The notes under the pieces: generated by a model
The model's database searches: none
What the model was told of the DNA's origin: nothing
The model's input: the letters and a program-made list of their open reading frames with translations, nothing else
In this document: positions 19,560-29,367 of the stretch, one piece after another
Position numbering within the stretch: position 1 is the stretch's first letter
How the letters are laid out: every line of letters begins with the position of its first letter
Assembly (NCBI GenBank): GCA_046759445.1
Contig: JBHICG010000027.1
Span: forward strand, 1 to 40,309
Source of the DNA: Candidatus Scalinduaceae bacterium
GTDB taxonomy: Bacteria > Planctomycetota > Brocadiia > Brocadiales > Scalinduaceae
Length of the DNA stretch: 40,309 nucleotides
Reading direction: 5' to 3'
Made by a program: the position numbers and the translations under genes

Positions 19560-21008
19560 TTATTGAAATATTACATATGGAATATCCTCTAATTTTTCTT
19601 CTTCTCTTTTGACGGATTTAGTCCATTTTCGCGTTGCTTCTTCACGGGACTCTCTCCACATTTTGACAACATCTCCGGTTTCCAAATCTACTGCTTTTAT
19701 AAAAGAAGTTGTAACATTGTGCTCATATGTCCCCTGATTCCCTCCCGATGGACCCCCATCTCTGTTAGTTGAAAAAATGTAGTTACCTCTAATTTCAATG
19801 AATAAAACCGCCCTTACATTTAGTGATTTTCCAACTTCTATGAGATTTCTACTACTTCGATAATAAGATGATAAAAGATAGTCCTTAGGTTTTTTTAATA
19901 ATTCATTAAGAGAATGAGGGCCTATAACAGTATATCCCTTTTTTTCTATGTTATATTTGAGCTTTTGTAATCTTTCTAAAGGTTTGGAAAGTTCTGCCCA
20001 ATGCGAGTGTATGGAAGATGAAGGGTGTACAATCAACAAAACTTTACTCCCGCGAGGAATGTTGATTGGTTTTATGTTATTTCTAAATCCGGCTGCTGCC
20101 CATCCACTCGTATATAGATTAGATGCTGTGGATCCCAAAGGTGTTTTAATCAAACGTCTGTTATCAGGAAGTTTTAACCAACGTCTTAATGCCAGATTTA
20201 TGGCTTCAATCCATGCCTCCTGTACTTCTGTGTCCCTGGCTGTACCACTTGTTACGGCTACAAATTTGGAATTACCTTCTTCGTCATAAACTTCCAGTCT
20301 CAGGGCAATATAGATGCGAGATACCCAAAAATCCATCAAACTAGCGTAATAATCAGTTGAAAGTGTTTCCAAGTATATAACATATGAGGATTGAGTAGCC
20401 CTTGCAAATGCCGAGATATTTTCCGGCGATCTTTCATCCTCGTCATAGAAATTAAGCATTGCATACTTTGTAACGTTGTCAACTTCTCTAAATGGTATTA
20501 TTGTTAAGCCTTGCCCTTTTAACACTTCTCCGGTTTTTTGCCTGACCAATTCCCATAATAGTTCATAAGCAACAGGTCTCAGTTTTTTTGATCTTTCCCT
20601 TATTAATTTATCTTTTTCAAAAAATTTGTTAGAATCAGACCGGGAAGTATGTAAGGCTGAAATGTTCATTTCGCGCCATGAAGTATAAGTTTCACTGTAT
20701 ATTTTCCCTCCGAACAAATACTGGGTTTGTGCTTCCCATGACACAGGCGGAAGTATAGCCACCCGTGCTTGATTCTGTATTTTGTCCCCTCTCCCCACAA
20801 AATTGTAGGAGCGTAGTTTTTCGAAGATTTTATTCATTACCAAACCCTGAGACTTTAATGCCTTTAGTTCTGGATATTTAAGAGATGTAACAGTTGAAAC
20901 AGAAGATTTCGTCGTTGGTGAAAGGTTTTGCAGTGTATAGCACCCGGTGATCGTAATAAACGTAATTAAAAGAATTCCGAACAGAGGTTTGTTCGATACG
21001 TTTTTCAT
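19560..21008 (-). CDS. Lipoprotein with two CsgG/LpoB-like alpha-beta domains
   Basis: Lipobox ITGC; RVAILPP...YVIY and GKSLNVRAVLF...IKAVDLETGDVV patterns. Confidence 0.55.
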   Translation of the reverse strand: MKNVSNKPLFGILLITFITITGCYTLQNLSPTTKSSVSTVTSLKYPELKALKSQGLVMNKIFEKLRSYNFVGRGDKIQNQARVAILPPVSWEAQTQYLFGGKIYSETYTSWREMNISALHTSRSDSNKFFEKDKLIRERSKKLRPVAYELLWELVRQKTGEVLKGQGLTIIPFREVDNVTKYAMLNFYDEDERSPENISAFARATQSSYVIYLETLSTDYYASLMDFWVSRIYIALRLEVYDEEGNSKFVAVTSGTARDTEVQEAWIEAINLALRRWLKLPDNRRLIKTPLGSTASNLYTSGWAAAGFRNNIKPINIPRGSKVLLIVHPSSSIHSHWAELSKPLERLQKLKYNIEKKGYTVIGPHSLNELLKKPKDYLLSSYYRSSRNLIEVGKSLNVRAVLFIEIRGNYIFSTNRDGGPSGGNQGTYEHNVTTSFIKAVDLETGDVVKMWRESREEATRKWTKSVKREEEKLEDIPYVIFQ

Positions 21009-21371
21009 TTTGATTCCTTTCCTCCTAGTATGGGAATAATAAAAATATATAGTAGGTTTCCCTGGTTATTAGAAATCAGGAACTATCACAATGTTTTTTA
21101 TTAATTAGGATATAATTTTTACAGACACTTGTTCAAATTGCCTGTTAGTGCAGGCAGCGTTAAGGCAATTATATTACAACCATAAGTGTGGCCTGGTATT
21201 AATTATTGAATATATTTTAATAAGCATGAAAAAGATGAAACAAAACAGAAATAAAGGATCTTTTATCCTCTCTTATTTAATCGGTTTATGTTGAAATTTA
21301 TACCGTAAACATAATACATCCACTTAGCCCGTCAATGCATACGCAGCCAATGCGCAGTTTTTATCTAAAAG

Positions 21372-21414
21372 CCTCCCCTCCCCTCTCTTTCCAAAAGAGG
21401 GAATGGGGAGGGAT
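21372..21414. repeat. Intergenic REP-like palindrome
   Basis: CCTCCCC...CTCTTT-CCA-AAAGAG...GGGGAGG inverted repeat just downstream of the 21465-22301 gene. Confidence 0.6.
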
Positions 21415-21464
21415 AGATCTCCTTTCTGCTTTATGGCAATTTGTCGACATGAATGTATTCTTAT

Positions 21465-22301
21465 TCAGTCTACCAAGACGATTACCTTGCCTTTAGAGAA
21501 TATGTCTGTATTCAAGACGTTTTTTTTTACCTTTGTAGCATCTTTATTACTTATAACTATGTCAACTCCGTTTGGTCCAGTTGTATCCTTTGCTGTAATT
21601 CTTAAGGGATTTGTGCCAATACGCCCTTCATTTATGTCTTTAATATCCTTTATGCTAACACGGTAAACCGGATGTATTGGTCCGCAAATCTTTTCCCCTT
21701 CTTCATTATAGATGTTAAAGAATATAGCAGGTGAAAGACCTAATCCTCTGGTGTCTACAACAAGGCCTGTGTATTTGGATTTTTTAATGCTACCTGTTTC
21801 CTCACCGGGAGATTCATCATCTGACTTTTCGAAAATTTTAAAAATCGTACCCATAGCTACTTGCATTGTTACCTCATATATTTCACCGTCCCACTTTTCT
21901 TCTGTTATCTCTGCATCTCTTAACGTACCTTCAACCTGTGTTTTCGTAACCTCACTTACTTCCATAAGGTCAGATACTATTGTTTCAGAATCGATACGAA
22001 CTCCCTTGATAGTTTCGAGTAGATTTTTCTGTGCATCTACAGTAGCCCCCCTTCGTGCAAGTACCTTACCCTGTGCCGGGTTGTCTGCACTTGAGGGTGA
22101 AGCTACCATGCCTATTGCCGCAATAAACCTTGTCTCCCAGTTAATGACACCAGTCTTTCCTTCTCCAATATCAATCTCTATCTTACCTTTTTCATAGTAA
22201 GGAGATGTTTTTTGGCCGGCCTTAACCATACTTTGATTAATGAATATAATTCCTGCTACAAATATACCTATCATTAATAAACTACATTTCCACGTATTCA
22301 T
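21465..22301 (-). CDS. LPP20-family-like exported protein
   Basis: Signal peptide; GVINWE...AIG, ARRGATVDAQKNLLETIKGVRIDSET, YTGLVVDTRGLGLSPA. Confidence 0.75.
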   Translation of the reverse strand: MNTWKCSLLMIGIFVAGIIFINQSMVKAGQKTSPYYEKGKIEIDIGEGKTGVINWETRFIAAIGMVASPSSADNPAQGKVLARRGATVDAQKNLLETIKGVRIDSETIVSDLMEVSEVTKTQVEGTLRDAEITEEKWDGEIYEVTMQVAMGTIFKIFEKSDDESPGEETGSIKKSKYTGLVVDTRGLGLSPAIFFNIYNEEGEKICGPIHPVYRVSIKDIKDINEGRIGTNPLRITAKDTTGPNGVDIVISNKDATKVKKNVLNTDIFSKGKVIVLVD

Positions 22302-22359
22302 GACCTTTTTTCCTTTCTCCTTTTTTCAGGAAAAAAATTAGAAAAATAATAACCTTATG

Positions 22360-22410
22360 AAATAAGAAAGCCGTACTATCACGAAACCTCTAAGTTTCGG
22401 ATAGTGCGGC
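22360..22410 (-). terminator. Putative intrinsic terminator (minus strand)
   Basis: On the minus strand, GCCGCACTATCCGAAAC-loop-GTTTCGTGATAGTACGGC is followed by TTTCTTATTT. Confidence 0.6.
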
Positions 22411-22665
22411 CCTTATAATTTAGTGAAAGATTCGCGAATATACCATTCGCAAATTTACCTCCCTTTATGTGAGATAGGTTACTCTCGTGGGTGTAGCTTA
22501 AGTGCTTACATTGTATAGTAGTGATCAGGTGCATATACTTAACATCTAAATAAAAATTATCAAGAGAAAAATGTAAATCCTTTTTATATCCTTGTACGTA
22601 CGATGATATCGACTTAACTTTCAATTGTACTTAATCTTACAGATTTTCCTGCATCGAGATAGGCT

Positions 22666-22926
22666 TCATTTTGGGTTGAAAGTCTTGATATTATCATTAA
22701 TGGTATCTGAGATAAAATTGTCAAGATATTGCATTACAATGGATTTTTCTGGATTAAGATGGAAATCTGTATTAAATTTTTTAAGTACGAATGGAGTAAT
22801 TCCCACGATGAATATACCTAAAAGTATTCCAAATACAAGACCTCTAAGCTTGTTCAGCAAACCTGAAAATCCCATAATACCAAAGAGAAGTATAACACCA
22901 ATAGCTGCAATGTCTAACCAGTACAT
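22666..22926 (-). CDS. Small membrane protein with a CvpA-like N-terminus (86 aa)
   Basis: GGAGGA RBS before ATG 22926; MYWLDIAAIGVILLFGIMGF and a second TM segment. Confidence 0.55.
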   Translation of the reverse strand: MYWLDIAAIGVILLFGIMGFSGLLNKLRGLVFGILLGIFIVGITPFVLKKFNTDFHLNPEKSIVMQYLDNFISDTINDNIKTFNPK

Positions 22927-23604
22927 TGTAATATCCTCCACTTTAATTTGTACATTAGTCAACTTTTTTCTGACACTAAGATGCAAAAATTGCGAGTTGA
23001 CAGTCATTAAGTCAATTCTCTCATCGTCATTAAGACACGAAGTGATGGTTTCTGGGTTAGGGTAATGACGCCCGTTTTGATCTGATTTTACATCAGACTT
23101 AATCGATTACGTCTTACGTCTTTTTTTTTTAAGTTACCCTTATATCAACGACGATACCGGCCTTGTTACCTTTGCCATAACCTTTTACTAGCTTGGTGCC
23201 TTAGTACTTTTACTGCATGATATTTTAAATAATGGTTTACATACTGTTAAATTAAGGCACAAGATTATTGATTGCGTAGTTTATTTATCAACAGGATTTT
23301 TGTGTCAAAACTATGTGTGTCAACTGCCTGGTAGTAGGAATCTCGGTCTTCAAACCAATCCCTGAGTGCCAAACAAATCCTCTTTAATCTGTCATAAGCC
23401 ATTATTAAGATTAACCTCATCGTTCCTGGTAACCATAGTATAGGCTTATTGATATTTGTTTTTTGTACAGACCAACAAGAGCCGTTCATAACACATTTCT
23501 CCCTTCTTATATATATTGATCCTATTTTTACATACTCTAAACGGTAGACGTCTGTATGTTTCTCTTGATTCTTTGAATGAACTAGCATAATCAACAAAGA
23601 GTTT

Positions 23605-24111
23605 TTACCTATTTATGGTTGAAACATAACCAGTGGTTATAACAGTGACCATTCTTTTTTGTACTCCAAATTTCAGGGCCTTTGTGTGATTGTCCATTAA
23701 GATGTCTATGTGCCTACCCTTAATCATTCCTCCTACGTCCTCAGCATAAAAAATTCCTAAACCCTCTATATAGACCATTGAATGAAGGGGTATTACGTTG
23801 GGGTCCACGGCTACAATTCTGTTTATGGCTCGAGCTTCTTTACCTGTGGCGGTAAAACCGTCTGCATATTTATCACAGCAGCATGATCCTGAGCAATATG
23901 ACGTAATTGTAAATGGTTTACTCCATTTCTTCCCACCATAATTCAAAAACATAATCTCATTCTTTTTTCCAGGATTCATAGTTATTCCCGAATAACATGC
24001 CGAACTAGATAGACAGATTATTAGTGTTAGCGTTAAACAATGTATAGATATTTTACGTGAGAATCTGTTTTTCATAATGTTTAGGAACGTAGAAGTTACA
24101 TTTCCACTCAT
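23605..24111 (-). CDS. 3D (Asp-Asp-Asp) domain protein, putative MltA-like peptidoglycan-cleaving enzyme
   Basis: ITSY...DGFTATG, VAVDPNVIPL, AEDVGGMIKGRHIDI; N-terminal hydrophobic segment. Confidence 0.9.
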   Translation of the reverse strand: MSGNVTSTFLNIMKNRFSRKISIHCLTLTLIICLSSSACYSGITMNPGKKNEIMFLNYGGKKWSKPFTITSYCSGSCCCDKYADGFTATGKEARAINRIVAVDPNVIPLHSMVYIEGLGIFYAEDVGGMIKGRHIDILMDNHTKALKFGVQKRMVTVITTGYVSTINR

Positions 24112-24249
24112 TCTGTAATGTGATCTTACTTCATTACCCTGGGATCAGTTGCAAAGTATAATAAGACAAAGAAGATGACGATAAAATATTCCATTTTAGT
24201 TGCTCCTACTTATCTTTTTGTTAGATCTTGGAAATCAGTTCAATCATAA

Positions 24250-24612
24250 TTAAAGTTTCTGTGTTTTGGGTTTTTTCCTTGATGGTTCTTGGTTTTTGCT
24301 GGCATTTACAACTAATAATTCCTTATTTATTTCCTTAATTAATGCCTGAAATGCTTCCATGTCCTTTTGGAGCATCTTTAAGCTCGTAAAAGGATCCTCT
24401 TCTCTGCCATAAGGCGTATTCGTGCTATTAGTGGTGACAACCTTTTCAGTCATTTCTTTATTAATGTTGTCATCCTTAATAAGTTTTTTCTTTATAAGGT
24501 CTATTCTATGGGCAGAAAAAAACCCAAGACCATAAGAAAAAAAGGTTAGAACTAGTATCAAGATAACGTTTTTCATGCTTAATTTTATTAATCTTACTTT
24601 TATCACAGGCAA
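24250..24612 (-). CDS. Hypothetical single-TM protein
   Basis: TM segment VILILVLTFFSYGLGFF followed by a short coiled-coil-like region; start may be ATG 24576. Confidence 0.6.
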   Translation of the reverse strand: MPVIKVRLIKLSMKNVILILVLTFFSYGLGFFSAHRIDLIKKKLIKDDNINKEMTEKVVTTNSTNTPYGREEDPFTSLKMLQKDMEAFQALIKEINKELLVVNASKNQEPSRKKPKTQKL

Positions 24613-24654
24613 CTCTCGAAAAAACGGTTAGTAAAACTATTTCATACTTCTATA

Positions 24655-24687
24655 ATATTAATCACTGTAAAAAGTAAATCTGGTGCA
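24655..24687 (-). promoter_or_regulatory. Conserved bipartite motif, copy 2 (TGCACCA-N15-GTGATTAATAT)
   Basis: Shares 24 identical nt (TTATAAATATTGCACCAGATTTAC) and the GTGATTAATAT box with copy 1. Confidence 0.7.
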
Positions 24688-24691
24688 ATAT

Positions 24692-25612
24692 TTATAATAA
24701 AATTTCTTTTAATTCTTGATCCTCTACTTCAAGAAATTGTCCGTCTTTAAGACTGATACCTTCAACTAAAAGTATCCAGTATCCTTGTGGCGTTTTAGAT
24801 ATACGGGCTTCTGTATAATTTATGTCTTTAACTGGTTTGGCAATAAACTTAATTGCCGACATCTCTTTCCAGTGGAAGTATCCAGCAGAATTACCTAACG
24901 CAATGGATATTTTTAAGTTCCCTGCATCCATTCCTTGCCTTGCCAATTCTGATTTGGTCCAATAGAGAAGGCCTTTTTCAGGTTCTATTGTACGATTCGA
25001 ATTATGGTTATAAAAATCCTGTAGCTTATCTTTGGTATCAAGTTTCTTAAACTTAAAATTTGGGGACTCGCAGACAAGAAGGTAACTGGGGTCACGAGTG
25101 GGATACGCTACTATCTTAAAGCCAAAAAAGGAGATAATTTCCCTCATGGTTTGATTTGTTACATCTTCAGAGAAGCTTACGTGCATATCTGTAACTATGG
25201 TACCTTCAAGCGGCAGGGCTCTTTTATACCTTTTGTATTCGTCAAGGGGCATGAATTGCTTTTGCTTTCTGTCAACGTCTGGAATTTCCACTATGTTTAT
25301 GATCTTTGCCTTGATGTCTTTATCTTCTTCCAAGTTTTCTTCCTGTTGCTTCCTTGTTCCCTTTGAGGATTCCTCTGTTGTTTTAACAGGTCTATACTTT
25401 TGGTTATTTAATGGTTCATTTATTTCTTTTTCATCCAAATCTGGTAAAAAATTAGCGGGGATTAATGAAATACTGTCCCTGGATTTGCTATTAGCCTTCT
25501 CAGGCATTGAACCTTTATCTTGTAACATTAGAATTACTAATATTAGAAGATTGCATATTAGAGATATAACAAGGTATTTGATTAGTCGTTTCATATTTTT
25601 TCTCCACTTCAC
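24692..25612 (-). CDS. Putative atypical TonB/TolA-like energy-transducing protein
   Basis: Follows exbD; N-terminal TM (ISLICNLLIL), long charged linker, unrecognised globular C-domain. Confidence 0.45.
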   Translation of the reverse strand: MKWRKNMKRLIKYLVISLICNLLILVILMLQDKGSMPEKANSKSRDSISLIPANFLPDLDEKEINEPLNNQKYRPVKTTEESSKGTRKQQEENLEEDKDIKAKIINIVEIPDVDRKQKQFMPLDEYKRYKRALPLEGTIVTDMHVSFSEDVTNQTMREIISFFGFKIVAYPTRDPSYLLVCESPNFKFKKLDTKDKLQDFYNHNSNRTIEPEKGLLYWTKSELARQGMDAGNLKISIALGNSAGYFHWKEMSAIKFIAKPVKDINYTEARISKTPQGYWILLVEGISLKDGQFLEVEDQELKEILL

Positions 25613-25724
25613 ATTGGAAGTAGTGTCAAATTATCAAGTGCAGAATATAGAAAATTGAATTCCCCATTTGTATTATCTCTTTCTTTTATATTTTTACTTC
25701 GTTTAAGTTCATTAATTGGATTCA

Positions 25725-26141
25725 CTATCCTTTATTCGCAGAGCTTGCTTTGAAATAGACTTTTGGTAAATCCGCCTCACGAATAGTCTGTAATATGCGC
25801 AGGGCATCACCCAGGAAGGCATTAGAATCACCATTAATTATTACGGTGACATCGTCTCCAGACTCTTTTTTCTCTACTAGTTTTTTAGAAAGTTCAGTTT
25901 GAGATGTAACTGGTTCTTTGTTGAAAAAGAGTTTGCCATCTTTTGTAATGCTAATTGTAACAAAGTCCTTTGGCTCAATATTTTGAACCTTCTTCAATTC
26001 AGGATTTTCAACATCTACCAGTTCAAGAAAGACCATCCTGGTCATCCCAATGATGCAGAAGATTACTATAATGAATATTATGTCTAACAAAGCAAGCATG
26101 TTAAATTCAGGTGTGCGCGCATACTTTTTTGATAATCTCAT
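25725..26141 (-). CDS. exbD: ExbD/TolR-family biopolymer transport protein
   Basis: FNMLALLDIIFIIVIF TM with the conserved Asp; ISITKDGKLFFN; VIINGDSNA. Confidence 0.9.
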   Translation of the reverse strand: MRLSKKYARTPEFNMLALLDIIFIIVIFCIIGMTRMVFLELVDVENPELKKVQNIEPKDFVTISITKDGKLFFNKEPVTSQTELSKKLVEKKESGDDVTVIINGDSNAFLGDALRILQTIREADLPKVYFKASSANKG

Positions 26142-26367
26142 ATTAAAATCTCACTTTGTAGCATTAGTCTGTAAACGCTTTGGACAGGCAGGGACGAAAA
26201 CCTATTCGAGTTGTTTACTCTGTTAAAATAAGTATGTTCCTTCAAACATGTATATCTAATCTATGGTAAATAATAATGGTATTTTCATATTATATTTATA
26301 TGTCTATTTAACAGGGTGAGCCTAATAACGAAAAACAAGCGATTGCGTATACACCCTCTAGGTCATT

Positions 26368-26997
26368 CTATGGTTTCTGGCATCTTATTTTTGCTAATTT
26401 AAATTCATTTAATCTTGACTCGATTTTTGATAGCGCCCTATCTGCTATTCCACCAAAGAAGTGGCTTGCTGCCAGATTGACTACAGCAACAACTAAACCG
26501 AGAAAAGTCGTTGTCATTGCCTCAGATATACCTCTTGCTATCAACGACATGTCAACTGTCTGACTCATTGTTCCAAATGCCTTGATTAACCCCGTAATAG
26601 TACCCAATAGTCCCAGTGCAGGCGCTATAACGGCACATGCATTAAGTATTCGTAAGTAACTATGTGACCTGCCGAATTCCTTGTCCACAGCTATTGCTAT
26701 TACGTTGTCCATCTCTTCCCTTTGAGGTATATCAGGAAGTAAATATCTGAATATTCGTACAAAGAGGTCTTTTGATTTTTTTGCTAACCCGCACGCCTCA
26801 ACAAATCTTCCAACTTTTATTGATTCGATTATTCTAGATTCACGAAAGGAATTTCTCCTAATCCACAGGAAGGACCAGAAGGTCATTCTTTCCATAATTA
26901 CGCCTATTGATAATATCCAGAGGAAAATAAGACATACTCCTATAGGACCACCATTTTTTAAAACTGTATTTAAAATATCCATCAGAAGTTTCTCCAA
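26368..26997 (-). CDS. exbB: MotA/TolQ/ExbB proton-channel protein
   Basis: GGPIG...IMER, APALGLLGTITGLIKAF, GISEAMTTTFLGLVVA. Confidence 0.9.
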   Translation of the reverse strand: MEKLLMDILNTVLKNGGPIGVCLIFLWILSIGVIMERMTFWSFLWIRRNSFRESRIIESIKVGRFVEACGLAKKSKDLFVRIFRYLLPDIPQREEMDNVIAIAVDKEFGRSHSYLRILNACAVIAPALGLLGTITGLIKAFGTMSQTVDMSLIARGISEAMTTTFLGLVVAVVNLAASHFFGGIADRALSKIESRLNEFKLAKIRCQKP

Positions 26998-27025
26998 TTT
27001 AAAATTAGTTCATTGTAGTTGCTGA

Positions 27026-27415
27026 TTATTCTTCAAGAAATAATTCTTTTGTACTTTCACTTTCCAATTCACCATAAACCAGAAAACAACGATAACACCT
27101 ATGACACGTGAAATCACATGAATCCAGGGTTCTACTAGCAATGTATTTGCGAAAGGCATTTATTCTCTCGACAGACATATTATTATTTATATTCAAAATC
27201 TTCCTTTCAATCTTGCTGCCAATCTCTTCCCCTTTACCATCGTAATTTGATGAATAGTGAGATTTTTTATCTGACACACGTTTTGCGTGATTCAATTGTC
27301 TAACTATGTCAATGTTTGGTCTATCAAGATATGCCAAATAATCAGTTCCTGGTGAATCATCAATTGATCTTGAGGAAAGAGTCCACCACAGCATGGCTAA
27401 GAGCAAGATTGTCAT
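27026..27415 (-). CDS. Hypothetical protein with C-terminal 4-Cys motif
   Basis: AGGAAGGA RBS; hydrophobic N-terminus; CDFTCHRCYRCFLVYG near the C-terminus. Confidence 0.65.
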   Translation of the reverse strand: MTILLLAMLWWTLSSRSIDDSPGTDYLAYLDRPNIDIVRQLNHAKRVSDKKSHYSSNYDGKGEEIGSKIERKILNINNNMSVERINAFRKYIASRTLDSCDFTCHRCYRCFLVYGELESESTKELFLEE

Positions 27416-27507
27416 TTTCGCATCCTTCCTGAAAAAAGTTTTTAGGCAGGATAATAGGTTAAGACAGATTATAAATCTTATATTGCTGTCTAAAATTTCC
27501 TTTGCGT

Positions 27508-28248
27508 CTAATTTACCTTTTTTCCGTAAAGAAGATTACATACATAGCAATCACTTCTCCCGCATGAAAATTCACAAAGGGCAAGGGTATTGTGTTGAAC
27601 ATCACCCAATAGATTCCTCGTCTCCTGGTAAGTAACTTGCTTGACAATATTACTCAAGTTGTTTTTTGCTTGTAGCGCAATTTTTGCCCTATCCTTGGTA
27701 TTATTCGCTTCGTTCTTTTGAATAAATGGATTTGAAATATTAGTAACGGTTTCCATTGTCTCCATATCCAAATTCAAATTAGAGATGCGTGTTCTAACTT
27801 CTACAAGGTCTTCCCGGAGTTCTACCATCCTATCTTTCAACTCTTTATCTTTTTCGTTATAGGCGCTATCAAAGGAAATCCATGTATTGTTAGCAATATC
27901 GCTATCCACTGACTCCAACATATGTTCAATTTGTGAATATTCCTTTTTTACTTTCTTTGGGAGCGATTTAAGCTGTTTTTCTAAATTATCAATCTCTTCG
28001 AGGATTTCTTTTTCCTTCTTTTGATTGTATGCAAGCTGTCTCCTGGCAATGTAGATATCGTTATTATTGGACATTACTTTCATATAATTTTTTTGTGCCT
28101 TGCTAGCACGTGCTTTTTTATCAACTGTCTTTTTAGCTTCAACGGTACTTTCATTGTGATTTTCATTGATGACTTCAAATGTATAATCTCCATATACGGT
28201 GAAACATGGAAACATTAAGATTATGGGCAATAAGATGAACTTTTTCAT
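27508..28248 (-). CDS. Exported coiled-coil protein with C-terminal 4-Cys motif
   Basis: AGGAG RBS before ATG 28248; signal peptide; heptad-rich region; CEFSCGRSDCYVCNLLYG. Confidence 0.75.
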   Translation of the reverse strand: MKKFILLPIILMFPCFTVYGDYTFEVINENHNESTVEAKKTVDKKARASKAQKNYMKVMSNNNDIYIARRQLAYNQKKEKEILEEIDNLEKQLKSLPKKVKKEYSQIEHMLESVDSDIANNTWISFDSAYNEKDKELKDRMVELREDLVEVRTRISNLNLDMETMETVTNISNPFIQKNEANNTKDRAKIALQAKNNLSNIVKQVTYQETRNLLGDVQHNTLALCEFSCGRSDCYVCNLLYGKKVN

Positions 28249-28345
28249 TGTAAGACTCCTTTCTATCAATAAGTTTAAAACTTAAAAACAATAATCACAA
28301 TTTCAGGTGATTGCCGTATATGATACGGCTAATAAAAGAATGAAC

Positions 28346-29353
28346 TTAGAAATATGTTTCAGCCTGTTTAGTTATCCATTCTTCTAGATCATCATTCCAT
28401 TTAATTCCATCAATCTCAATAGATTTACCGTCCGGGTTATTGACCAAGAATCTTGTTAATTCATCAGTTACCTGATTCATAATCCCTGAGAAGCCATCTA
28501 CAGTATCCCAGACATCTTGTACCTGTGTATACAGCTCAATTGCTGTACCGTCTCCAGAAAGCCCAGATTCGGGTACAGTAAAAATCATCATCATTCTGCA
28601 TACTTCAGCCGCACTTGAAAACTTTTGTCTCTCAACATTAAGCTTATCAAGTAAATGCTCTGTATGGCTACTGAGTTTACGGTAGAATATCCTTTTCCCA
28701 TCGACCATAGCTACAGCCTTGTTGATAACTTCTATTTGACCTGGAGTTTGTTGATTGCTATACGTAAAAGTATCTATTTTGTTCTTTAATAGATACAACT
28801 CTTCCTTCAATTCATCCGTCTGTTCATCCATATATTTCCTCGCAAGCTCACTTGACTTTTTTTGCAATTCCTCAAGCTTGCCCGAATTAATTTTGGCGTC
28901 ATCTGAGAGTTTTTGTAATTTTGCACCAAGTGATGTCTTCGCTTTCTCGAGTTCCCTATCTATTTCTTTAAATGAATCCTTTATTCTGTCTTTCTCTTTT
29001 ATCACTCCCACCATCTTTTCGTCTATCTTGTAAATGCTTTCAGAAAAGACGAATTGAAGTTGATCTAAAGTCTCTTGAGTTCTATTTTGTTTTACAGCCT
29101 CCAGTGCAGCTTTAATTTCTTCGGTAGCTTGATTAAGAGATTTTCTCAATGGTTTTGCCGTGTTAAGAGAATTGCGGATTTCCTTCTTAGGTTTTTCAAT
29201 GTTAATCTTGAACTCAGATATATCCGGGAGGAATCCAGTCCTTCCTTGAAAATCAGAAGACTGTTTTCTTTCAACAGATGCATGCACAACTATATTGTTA
29301 ACAAAGATAAATGATAAAACCATAAATGACATTACACATGATAATTTTTTCAT
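28346..29353 (-). CDS. Exported long coiled-coil protein
   Basis: GGAGGTG RBS, signal peptide (VHA), extended K/E/L-rich helical region. Confidence 0.8.
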   Translation of the reverse strand: MKKLSCVMSFMVLSFIFVNNIVVHASVERKQSSDFQGRTGFLPDISEFKINIEKPKKEIRNSLNTAKPLRKSLNQATEEIKAALEAVKQNRTQETLDQLQFVFSESIYKIDEKMVGVIKEKDRIKDSFKEIDRELEKAKTSLGAKLQKLSDDAKINSGKLEELQKKSSELARKYMDEQTDELKEELYLLKNKIDTFTYSNQQTPGQIEVINKAVAMVDGKRIFYRKLSSHTEHLLDKLNVERQKFSSAAEVCRMMMIFTVPESGLSGDGTAIELYTQVQDVWDTVDGFSGIMNQVTDELTRFLVNNPDGKSIEIDGIKWNDDLEEWITKQAETYF

Positions 29354-29367
29354 TAGTATACACCTCC

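Noticed and set aside
8476..22197. Numerous short ORFs overlapping the protease cluster genes
   Set aside because: Antisense or alternate-frame shadows of long ORFs with clear domains.
22379..22624. 81-aa ORF, and a TGCACCT variant of the motif near 22530
   Set aside because: The ORF overlaps stem-loops and lacks features; the motif variant has no TGATT box at the 15-nt spacing.
23265..23597. 110-aa minus-strand ORF
   Set aside because: TTG start, no RBS or domain recognised; cannot be supported, though not excluded.
28313..28329. GCCGTAT-ATG-ATACGGC hairpin as a terminator
   Set aside because: No U-tract on the coding (minus) strand; at most an mRNA stability element.
28921..28935. Intragenic TGCACCA matches (also near 18702) and CGCACCAGATTT near 36190
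   Set aside because: No downstream TGATT box at the conserved spacing.
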